Source of the DNA: Botryllus schlosseri
Taxonomy: Eukaryota
Length of the DNA stretch: 64,000 bases
NCBI GenBank assembly: GCA_051294905.1
Contig: CM119371.1
Location: 30,630,001 to 30,694,000, forward strand
Direction of reading: 5' to 3'
A program made the translations under genes and the position numbers. The notes under the pieces were generated by a model. That model did no database searches. It was not told where the DNA came from and worked only from the letters and a program-made list of their open reading frames with translations. Shown here in pieces: positions 15,101-27,100 of the stretch; positions within the stretch are counted from its first letter, which is position 1, and each line of letters starts with the position of its first letter.

Positions 15101-18100
15101 GTGACTTAATGCTTTCGCCCAACAGCTGGACTGGTGACGGCTGGAGCGGTCGCGCTTCCGATGACGAGGCTGTGTTGAGGACGTATCTCGGACCGGCTCA
15201 AAAGAAATACGAATGGGACAACAAGCTAGGACACGAGAAGTTCTATTATCACTTGCGTTTGCGAAGAAGCCCGGAGGCGCCGACAGGTAAACCTCAATAC
15301 CAGAGGTGGTCAGTAACGAAGACACCACCCACAAAAACAAGTAGTCAGCGTTGCTACTCATGTAGAAGTATTAATAAATTTCTACTCAATTACAAGTAGC
15401 GTGGTGAGATAGCGCAGTGGTATAATCCGCGGCTGCAACACCAATGGGTGCGGGTTCGAGTCCCGGTCGACTTCCGAATTCCGAAGTGTTGGAGGTTTAC
15501 CTAGGCTCCTCCTCGCCACCTCATCCGCGACAGCGGTGTCTTACAAAAGCCTAGAGGTGGGCCGTGCTATAAGTCGGCAGTTACGGAAAAATAAGAATAA
15601 TATCGGCCTGGTGTAAATGACCATAGTAGTCGACAAACACCATGATTACCCCAAAACAAACAAACAAGTAGCAGTAACGATATCCAAAACGTTTTGAAAC
15701 CAGATATGATCAGCAACGAAGAACTTTTAATTTTATGGATCACGCAACATGTGTCGCCTACTGGCATTAATTATTCAAATCAAGATTTTGCCTATACTTC
15801 CACCTGCATTTATCAGTTTTATAGGCAAAACTAGTTACATTGTAGACTTTGCGTTTTCCTGAAGTAGAAAGAAGTTACGGCGTCTGTTTCCATCGCGTTT
15901 ATGAGTGAAACAGTGTCAGTCATCCTTTTGCGTTAGTCGCGAAGACACATTCAGCAATTTCGATAATAGCCCATGTTCTATGGACTCCTGAAAGCATGCG
16001 ACGTTCATTCTAGTTCAGAGGTTCTCAACCTTTAGTAATCCGCGGAAAACTTGCGCCAATCTTCCAGCCTTCGCGGAACCCTAAATTTTCGCATCTACCG
16101 GGATACACATCTAACTACACATCTAATACATTACTTGCAGATTACTGGTCTTCAAAATGACCTGTGCATCATCAGAGTGGTAAAAGAACTAAATAACTGA
16201 AACAGTGATTCCCAAACTGTGTGACGCCACAGATTCTCACTTTCTCAGGTGTGCCGCGAGCTCTTTAAAATACTTTGGGATAAGAACTTCATACATATGC
16301 TTTCAAACCAGAGGTGGTCAAAGTAGTCATCGTCGCTACTCAAGTAGAAGTAGGAGCGGTGGTTAACAAGTAAGTTAGTAGGTATTCTACGCTTATTTTT
16401 GTCTACAAAACTGAAAACTGTCAAGTAGAAGTAGAAGTAGTCTAATATCATAACTACTTAAAAGTAGTGTGAGCAGGCAAAATCTACTTCAATTACTTCA
16501 AAAAGTAGATGTACTTCATTACTGACCAGTGACCACCTCTGATTCAAACTAGCATATGTGGCTTGAAAGCGCTCTAACTGCTACATAGCTGAATGCAGGG
16601 ACCAATATGATAGAATCAACATGGCATTGCCTTTGAGTAGGGTAATTTTTCCGTCATAATTGTCGAATATGGTCTTAAGTTCATTTCACGCTCCTATTGA
16701 ATCAGCTAGGGTTGCATTTAAAACAAAAATCAATATAAAACAGTGTTTCTCAAACTAGGGAGCGTGCCGCCTTTGGGGGTCGTGAAAGCAACAAAAGAGA
16801 GGTGCGAAGCCGCAGTTCGCAGGAAAGTTTTCGCGCTCCGCGCGATTCACCGCATGCTCGTGGTGTTTTCTCTATATATTGTCCTAAATCATATTCTAGA
16901 ATACTCTCAACAATATAACATTATACTTTAATGCCATCAGATTATTCGTTGGGATTGCTAACATTCTGATTTCTATCTTTAATATTTTGTGTTATCGCGA
17001 TAAGAGGGGGGGGGGGGAATTCTTCACTATCAAAAAGGGGGCGTGTCTAGAAACGTTTGAGCACCACTGATTTCAAACAAACATGTTTTAATCATGTTTT
17101 CACGCCTTTACGTCACGAATATGTAATTGTAACGTTACAGTGCATTTACAATTCAAAATGTAGGGTAAATATGGCCCTTTCCAGCTCCATGTTCAGGGGA
17201 CTGACGCGTTCCTGGAACTAGCTCCCTGAAACCCTAGTGTTCCTTGAAACACCGGTCACGAACCACTGTTCTAGTTCAATATGGGCACGAACGGCGACTA
17301 CTTTGACCACTTCTGGTTTATTTTACATCAATCGGCAATCGAAAATGAATGTCTGGTAGGGCTGTTCAAAAATAACTTCTTTCCCGGAGTCCGACCAACC
17401 ACCGATTAAATTGTCAGGTTACCCTTAAAAACGCTGAACACCAAATTGGGTTCAATTATGACCTTTTAACCAGTATAAGCCGCCGCAAAGCCAATTTAAA
17501 TTATGAAAAATTAAAAAGAAAATTAAACATTTTCTGCAACTCCATGAAACTGTTGAGTTGTCTTCTAAAACAATGCAAAACAAGTTTGACTCCATTCCCC
17601 CGTAGAAGCGGAGTTATTGCCGTTGCAAGTTTTGAATTTGCAAAAATAGCATTGACTGTGGATAATCACGAATTACAAATTAAAACCTCCAATAACTCTG
17701 CTTCTACGGGTTAGAATTGAACCAAATTTGTTTTTCATAATTTTTGAAAACTACTTAACAATTTAATGGGGTTGACAGAAAATTTTGAATTTTTTCAAAA
17801 ACTTTTCATGATAAATTAAAATTTTAAATTGACTTTGCGGCGGCTTATACTGTTTCGAATTCAACCAAATTTTATGTGTAGCGTTTTTAGGGATAACCTG
17901 ACAATTTAATCAGTGAATGACTGGAATTCGGGAAAAAAGTTTTCTGTGACCAGCCCTAACTGGCAAATCCTCGAGCATATATAATTTCAAAATGTGCATT
18001 CGGTGGAAGGATACGTACGCATAATTTCAGCAGTGGCCACGTTCTTAATCACATGGCATCTTCACGACTGCCGCAAAATTACCAATAACACGACACACAG

Positions 18101-21100
18101 CTACTTTTTGCGAAAATATATTATGTTACTGTGATACAGCAGCTATTTCATTGTTGTAACCACAAATGCACTCATAAAAGGATTGCAAACATATCCGAAG
18201 ACTACTCTTTCTCAACAAAATCCAAAGACTAAAAAGTAAATAATTTATCAAAAATGTGCCGCGTAGAGGTGGAACATGGTAACGTGAGTAAATATCGCAA
18301 GAAGGTAAATTGTACTTGATTATTGCAAATACTATTCATACCTTCATTTAATAGTCTCGACATTGCACGCTTTTACGTCCAATGAGCGCCTTTCATGACG
18401 CCTTTTATTACTTCAATGAAAGCATTATTTTTTGTATAACTACAGGACAGGACATTCCGGTAACCATTCGTATCTTCATTTGTCCAAGAAGACGACAATC
18501 GGACAGAAGAATGTGGATTGAAATGGACAAATTTGTCTGCAGGTGGGTGATGTGAGAAATGATCAAGAACATCGGTTATCCGAATATAATGCACTCGCTA
18601 AAAAAGAGATCATACTTATAGCCAATCTGACATCTTGGCAGTGAAACGTACCGCCGCTGTTTTACTCTTTTATTTGATTACCATTTATTTTGTTCACATT
18701 TCCCGGGTAATTATAATGATCGCTTCAGTGTTTTTCTGAAGGACTCGGACCGATGTACGGTAAAACACACGTGTATCTGAAAATAGAACAACTCGCGTTT
18801 TCCAAAAGAACCCTCATTTCGTACAGCGAACGCCTAACTTCACCAATCACGACGGCTCAGTATGTTGTATAGTCTAATTGCAAACTGTATCCCAACTGCA
18901 TTAGTATAGAGAAAGAGAGAGAGAGAGTCTTAATTTTCATCCAATCAAAATACATAACACACGGCAGTGGTGGTGGTACAGAAAATATTATTGCACAGTA
19001 TTCGGTATTAGATAGGAATAATCGATAAGACCGTGAAGGTCATCTAGTCTGATCACACCAGCATCAAACAGGTACACTTGACTCTAAACAGTCTGGCTGT
19101 AACAAAGGTTACAGTAGTTAAAAAATTAAAATAGAAGAAAAATTAAACGATGGTAGCAAATGATCAATGAAGCAATGTCTGGGCGAGGTAGGGCAACAGG
19201 TAGGGCAACAATGTAAGTGTAACGATAAGAGGTGATCAAGTAGGGCTTTTTTGAATCTATTATAAGGCAATTCACGGACAGGTGGTGGTAATTCAGTTCA
19301 GATGATAGGTCCCGAGTAGTTGATAGATCTCTTAGTTGGGTTGCTATTGGGTGGGGGTAAGTATATATTTCCTTTAGACGAGGATCTCTTGTAGTTGACG
19401 AGTACACTGTAGGTAGAGTGTGCATACCTGAAAAGACGTTTCAATGTGTAAAAACAGTTTTGCCGAACGATATGAAATTTCAAACACGCTGAGCATGCTT
19501 CGAATCAAACGTGAGCGTGTAAAATTTATCATGCTCCACTCCAAGACTCTAAAATAGCCTATGTAGGCATACTTGTTAAATTAAACAGATGTGTCGAATA
19601 CGGACGTCAATAACATAGCCTTCGGCGTACATGCGATACGACGGATATCTTCGAAGTTGTAGTAAAACATACAATACTAACATAAAGTTTTCTGTGGAAT
19701 TAGACGTGGTCGAATGAGTCATCGTTGCAAATCAAGTAAAAGTAGAGCAATACTATGAATTTCCACTCAATAAATAAATAAAAAGTAGCAATCTACAAGT
19801 CGGGTAAAACTATTTCCAGCGGAAGTACAAAATGAAAGGACAGAAATGTATTCGAGTAAATAGTTTGGAAAAGTACATTTGGTCAAGGCATCGTAGACAT
19901 TATACTAATGAAATACAAACTTCGGGACATCTTCCACCTTTCGTGTTCTATTACAATACTGATACACTCTTTAATTTGTTCATTAGCATCGAATCTGGTA
20001 CGGACCACATCGAAGTGACCAGGGCCGACGTGCATTCGTCGGTCATCAAACGACTTCGCCGAGACTTGGAGGGGAGCGAGCCCGATTCGGAAAGGAGATT
20101 CGTGCGAACCCTTGGCGGCTTCTGCGAATGCGGGTGGCCGTACGATATGCTTCTACCCAGAGGAACGGCTGTAAGTATAGTCATGAGCGCCTTAATTACT
20201 AAAAATGTGAACATCTTAAAATATTTCGATATTTGGTGTATGCCAATATCGATGTACGGTAGTCGCAATTCGACATTCATAATGCTATCCTCTTCACACG
20301 GACGGTCGGTACCGCTTTCTCACCCTAAGCCAGAATCTTACCACAAGACAAGGGGTGGGCAACCTGCGACAGTAGAAGGAATTTTTTGCGGCGGTGGCGT
20401 GGACCAGTCATTCAATTGGTATGTGTTGGCGGCAGTCGACATCAAAATTTAATTTAGGAATAGACTCCCGAATTATTGAGAGATTAAGTAATATTCAAAA
20501 GATTTATTCGATCTTGAAACTTTATTAGCGCTACGCGCGATTCAATTTTTAATTTGGTAGCGCCGTTTGCAATCTGATCCCCAGAGTGTAGATGCGAACA
20601 GCGGAGGAAAATGATGCACCCCAAATAGAAATAACAACTTGGAAACGTGTGCTCATCAAGAAAGATATTTGTTTCCGGTACGTTCGGGATATTCCAATAC
20701 CTTAACACTATACCGACAATACTGATGTGAGATCAAGAAAAACAGCATGCAACAATGTGACTTATAACAATTGGTCCACCCGAAGATGCATCATCATTTA
20801 TGACTTGCCGTAAATTTTCAAAAAAATTAACCTCCATCAACTCTACCGGTGTTTCTGATCACATGGGCTGATAAAGGGTAAATATTCGATAGTTATACAT
20901 GAAACTATTAATATTAATGACGAAATTCATTCGTGAATCTGACAAAAATTTCGCGCTTGGCGTAACCATAACCACTCCCAGTAACTATTCATGATGTGAC
21001 CACTGGCTATTTCGACGCGTATAGTAAGACGAAATAAAGAAGTAGAGTAGTCCGGAGTTGACCGTAAATGTACATGGACAATGGACAGTTTAACGAGTAT

Positions 21101-24100
21101 TTGGTGTCCAGTAAGTTCATTACGACTATTTCTTGGAATGCGGCCGTAGGCTACATAAGTAATCGAAGTACGGACGTGAAAAGCAAAAAGGTTGCCCACA
21201 CCTGCCCTAGACTAACGAGCCGACGGATGCGTTGTATGAACTATTTTCAAAAGTTTTATTTGAAAATATCTCCTCAATTCATATTTATCGTGGTTAATTA
21301 AAAAATGTATTGTCTTGATTAGAGCCCGACCGATTATCGGCTCGCCGATAATATCGAGTCGATATCACGCTTGGAGAGAAATATCGGTATCGGCCATTGA
21401 AGGTAAAAAAAATATCGGCCATTTTCGTGACGTCACAACATGGTGGCAGAGAGTCAAGAGAAGTCGATAAAAGACGTGAGGTCGGCCAAATATAAAAATA
21501 AATGGCCAAGCTGCATATAGAGCATACTGCATACAGGGTAGTAGGTGTGTCTATCTGAAAAATATTATAGATAACTAACCACCGTTATGCCCCACTGACT
21601 TCGTGGGAATCCCCCTGTAGTAATCGATCACCAAAGACAGAGAGCCAGAGATGCCACTCCTGGGTTTTTCCACCCAGATCTGGGTTTCTCGAGCATCACC
21701 TGGGTTTCTGGGTTTTTGTGCTTGAAATCTGGGTTTTTTTCAACATCATGTTTGTCAGGTCAATTTTACGGCGCAAAATTGATTATTAGATTAGTAAGAT
21801 CTTCTAATGTCGACGGATTCCACTGTGATTGAAACGGCAGAGTCCAAAGAGACCCATTTACTATTAAAATGAGAGGTCTTGGTGTGATGCGATAGAGCTT
21901 CATTGAATACTGACTACTAGGTCGCCGAAAGTCATGTTCACAGGGCAACTCTGATTTAGGACTTGAATGCTACCGGTCCGGTAGCGCTGCAACAAATTCG
22001 TTGTGTGTCAGTAAATAGTACCTCCAAGACAAAAGCTACGTCGAAGGGTACGTGTAATAGTTGTATAATTACAATCCTAAATGGTCCGGATAAGTCCTAA
22101 ATTAATGATTGTGATTGGTGATTGATTGCACTGTACCATAATTTCACACTACATGCGTTTTAGAAGTCCTAAACTGTTATTTTCTCGTGCTCTGCCAAAT
22201 ATGTATGTGGGTATAAAGTCGAAGACAATCATAACATAATCATACGGTACGGTCTTGACATCTTGTCAAGGAGATTTACTACTAATACTACTAAATGAAT
22301 ACAGTCCATCCTCAAGATTACCGGACCACGACTGACCTATCGATCTCGCTTCCCATGACATGCCGCCCTATTTCTTGTCGCTTCCTTTTTCTATACTATC
22401 TTCTTTACTTTCATTCAGTGTGCATGCCTTCTCTTTACATCGCCTAGGCCAAGGTGGGTGTCTGATTCCATAAACAACTCCTAGTCGCTTCGACATCTTC
22501 CTTTCTTTTCATTGTATCGCATTTTTGTGGTGTATTGAACTGATAAAATTGCTAATAAACCAATGATGATGATTATTGTTAAATGAAAATGTACTCTTAA
22601 TTTCATGATTTGGCAGTTTCTTTTTCGACTAAAACAGCCCAGATAAAAGTGTTTGTCCCAGGTTTAATGAATCGAAAGCTATTTTCAATCTATCTGGTCA
22701 GCTCGCAGTCACTAGAATACCTTACAATCATCCTCACAATAGATGGGGATTAGCATTGTTACTAACATTACGAATATATAATACACTACGTATTGACCCC
22801 CCATACCGAATGCCTGGTAGCAATGTGTCGAGAGGAAAACATCATATTTCGATGGATTTGCTCATTTAACTGAGCAACGCATATTATAGTATGGAAATGA
22901 ACCGTTGGGATTTCAATATCAAGGGCTAAAACTTCTTCTATGTCCGTACAACTGTCATTGATGACTCTCAGTCACTGTTTTACAGTTATATCATAGAAAT
23001 TTGAGTGAAATAGCGGATCTGGGTTTTTCTGGTTTTTTTTAACGTCCAAATCTGGGTTTTTCCAAATATCTCAGTGGCATCTCTGCAGAGAGCAGCTGGA
23101 TGGATACGGATAGTTGTCTGCAGAAGATTTCAATCAGTAAGAGAAATGAGAACTTCAATCATGCTGGACTGACCCTCGTAATGATAGAGAAAAGCGTCGC
23201 GTCGAAACATTTCCCGGTTCGGTACCAACAGAGCTGATTATACCGGTAATGTATGAAGTCGTCTGACTGAGGCCTGCGGCTGCGGGGCCACCATGATAGG
23301 AAATATGCGAGCATAGAGGGCAAGAAAATCAAGCAAACGTGGAGTAAAGCCAATAATTGATACGAAAATTTTTGATTCCATGATGACATTGGCCAATTCT
23401 GACAAAAGAGTGTAAAATATTGATCAATTGATTGTTGAAATGCTGGTCAAGGCCCATGGGGGATGGGTGGAGCAGTTGCAGACGTGGACAATTTGAGTTC
23501 TTTTGCACATTCTCTTCAGCTATTTGTTAATGATGTGCTGAAGGCTCCAGGTGCATTGTCAGAAGATTATCAATATCAATATTTGGTTAAACCATTGAAG
23601 GAAAGATCCCCTGCAAGGGAGCGGTGGAACCGAAATGAAGAAAGATTTCCTGCTGTGCCACTAACTATGCTACCAAGTGAAAGACTGCTCACTGTGTTTA
23701 GTACTATATACATCATCTATGGATGGAAGACCACAGAAGTTCACTCCTTGGAGAAAGGGCCGATAAATTGTGCTTCGTGAACTGTAATCTGCAACTGCTG
23801 GATTGGTGCTTTTGATACATTTTTATAGTTCCTTGATCATTTATTTCATGTTCAAGCATATCAATGGCTGTAAAGTTGTTGAGAGAAATGCTCTTGAGGT
23901 GTTAAATATGGGCCTTGAGCTAGATTTCATATCTTTTGAATATCGGCTGAATATATCGGGGTTATCGGTGGAGGTACTGGATATCGGTCTTATCGGTATC
24001 GGCTCAGAAATCCAATATCGGTCGGGCTCTAGTCTTGATACGGCCTCGTTCGAGATTTCGACCCGGGACCTGTCGCATTTAAAGCAAGAATCACACCCCT

Positions 24101-27100
24101 AGACCAACAAGCTGACGGATGAGTTGTCTGAACTATTTTCAGGAGGTTTATGTGAAAAGAACATCTGAATTCATAGATATCGTCGTTAAGTAAAAATGTA
24201 TAGTCTTGACGAGGGCTCGTCCGGGATTTGAACCCGGGACCTCTCGCACCCAAAACGAGAATCATACCCCTAGACCAGGGGTCTCCAACACGCGGCCCGC
24301 GAGGTCCTATTTTGCGGCCCGCGACCTGATTTGAAAAAAATTCAGAAAAACGCTTAGTAAATCATGTTGAAACGCTAAAATTGATTTCAGTTGAAACATA
24401 ATGTTGTTGTTTTTCAAAGTGAGCCATTCTATGTGCCCACTATCACTATTACTCACTAGTTGATACGGCTTCGGCATGGTAATATCATTCCATGGATGAA
24501 GAATTTGCTGGTACGAATGGGCATATTGCCTTGACGTGCAATGGCCCACCACTGCCAAGACCGAGACGCCTGCAAAACGACTTCGGGCGCTCCAAAAGAC
24601 CATGCTTTACGAGGAGATAGTTGTCTAGCAAGTAGGCCTACCGTGTATAGCTAACCCCAATATTGGTTCTTCAATCCATGGGTGGCCAATCTGCAGCAGT
24701 AGAAGGAAAATTATGCGGCTGTCGACACTTGTAATAACAACCCTAAGTTTTCACAGATACCCCCTGCATCAGCTGTATCTGGGAATCTGATCACATTGGC
24801 CGAGAAAGGATAAATATTTTATAGTAATATGTGAAACTATACTAATATTTATTGACGAAATTCACTCATGAACATGAAAAATTTTTCGCCCTTCGCGCGA
24901 CTACAGATTGGTTCTCTGTGGCTCTTTACAACATAACTACTAACGATTTGGTGCGCATAGTAAGCCGATATGTGCATATAGATTAGTTCGGAGTGTACCG
25001 GCAATGGACATGGACATGATAACGTGGGTATTTGGCCCCAGCTAGTTTATCACGACTAACCACCGGTATGCGGCCGCGGGCTACATGAGTACGCGAAATG
25101 CGGCTGTGAATTACAAAAATGTTGGCCACCCCTGTTTTAGCGGCTAAAGAGTGTTGTCATTGTCAGGTATCGTGTACAGCTCATAGTCCAAAATATAATG
25201 ACATTGATGATCATGATACTTTTTGTTGTATTTGTGTTTGTTCAATAAAATATTAGTTCTTTTGTGGTGACTATAACCGTCGCCTATGTTAGAAAGCACA
25301 GCGTTGTAATAACGTAGAGTTATCAGACGTGGTTATTGAACTGCGTTGCCTACTTTTATATCGATATTGATGTCATGCGGCCCGCGGCCTCCAGGAATTT
25401 GGAAAAGTGGCCCGCGACCTATTTTGAGTTGGCGACCCCTGCCCTAGACCAACGAGCCGACGTGTGAGTGGCCTGAATTATTTTTCCAAGTTTAAATTGA
25501 AAATAACTCCTGAATTCATAGGTATCGTGGTTAATTAAAAACTATAGTCTTGGCACGGGTTCGTCTGGGATTTGAGCCCGGGACCTCTTGCAGTCAAAGT
25601 ATGAATCATATCCCTAGCTGGACCAACGTGGCGACGGATTTGTGGCCTGACTTATTTCCCAAGTTTTATTTGAAAATATCTCTTGAATTAATAGATATCG
25701 CAATTAACTAAAAACGGAGGCCATAGTCTTGACAAGGGCTCGTCCGGGATTTGAACCCGGAACCTCCCGCACACAAAGCGAGAATCATACCTCTAGACCA
25801 GAGGTCTCAAACAAGCGTCCCACGAGAGCATTTTGTGCCGCACACGACGGCATTTTGGAATTTCAAGTATTCAACAATATATTCAAGTGCCATATATCTT
25901 TTTTAGATCTAAGAACTTGAAGTTCACGCTGAAACTGCCATAAAAATTACTGAAATCTCAACAAACTACACTAACACATCACTTTTAAAAGCTACCATGC
26001 GGTAGAAGATCAGCTATGACGTCACATTTCTAGTTCATGATGATAAAACATGACCCGTTGATGATTCGTGACTGAAAATTGTGATTTGGATTGGTACGAC
26101 CTACTCGTAAAATTACTCGATTTGGGATTGACTGGGTGAATAAATAAAAATGACTCGAGATGAGTCAAACGTTAAAATTAGAGAAGGACTTGCGACTCGG
26201 AACGGGGTAAGTAAAAATGTATAGTCTTGACAAGGGCTCGTCCGGGATTTGAACCCGGGACCTCTCGCACCCTAAGCGAGAATCATACCCCTAGACCAAC
26301 GAGCCGACGGACTCGTGGCCGGAATTATTTTCGCAATAACTCCTCAATTCATAGATATCGTGGTTAATTAAAAAAAAGAAAAACTATAGACTTGACACGG
26401 GCTCGCTAAGTCTTTAATATATCGCCTTTATCCATTGCCAGCGACCAATGAGTCAGATTTAAACTCCATATGGGTATCCAAACCATAAGCATATTTTCAA
26501 AACGGACTACATGACTCATCTGGGGTCTTCCGCGATTCGGACCCAAGACCTCACGCAACTGTTGCGCAAATTGCCATCTGGAGCATGCTATATTTATTCA
26601 GGCCGGAGAGGACTATGTGCTTTGCGTCATTGCTACCGACAACCGTGTGGATAGTATTGATGTCCGCACCACTTGTGGAAGCATGAGTTACTGCGGCGCA
26701 AGAGGGCAGCGGTATCCCGACTCCCGACACATGGGTTACCCGTTCTGTAATCCGATAACTCTCGGAAGTGAAAGGGTAAGTAATGGTAATTGGTGTTGAA
26801 AAACCATATAAAAAACCTTGTAGTTTATGGCAACATTTTAGCTCTTAGCGACGCCTCTGCAGAAAAGTGGTCTCTGGTGGACATGCTTACCCTGCACAGT
26901 CCGGGAATAAAATATCATGCTTCGAATCGAAACCATCGGCTTCACTTTAATACGCTGGATCCATTCTATGTAGGCCTACATTGTGTAGGGCATTTGAGTC
27001 AAAAAGTTAAATATCCTATGTCCAGGCTACGGCTACTTTCACAAGTATTAGACAGTGACGTCATTACTCAAGCGTCTACTTGAGTACCGAAACCGACTAG

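Noticed and set aside
24276..25441. Dada (tRNA-targeting) transposon
   Set aside because: The elements have clear TIRs and 8-bp TA-centred TSDs typical of hAT, encode no transposase, and the same families occur at non-tRNA sites.
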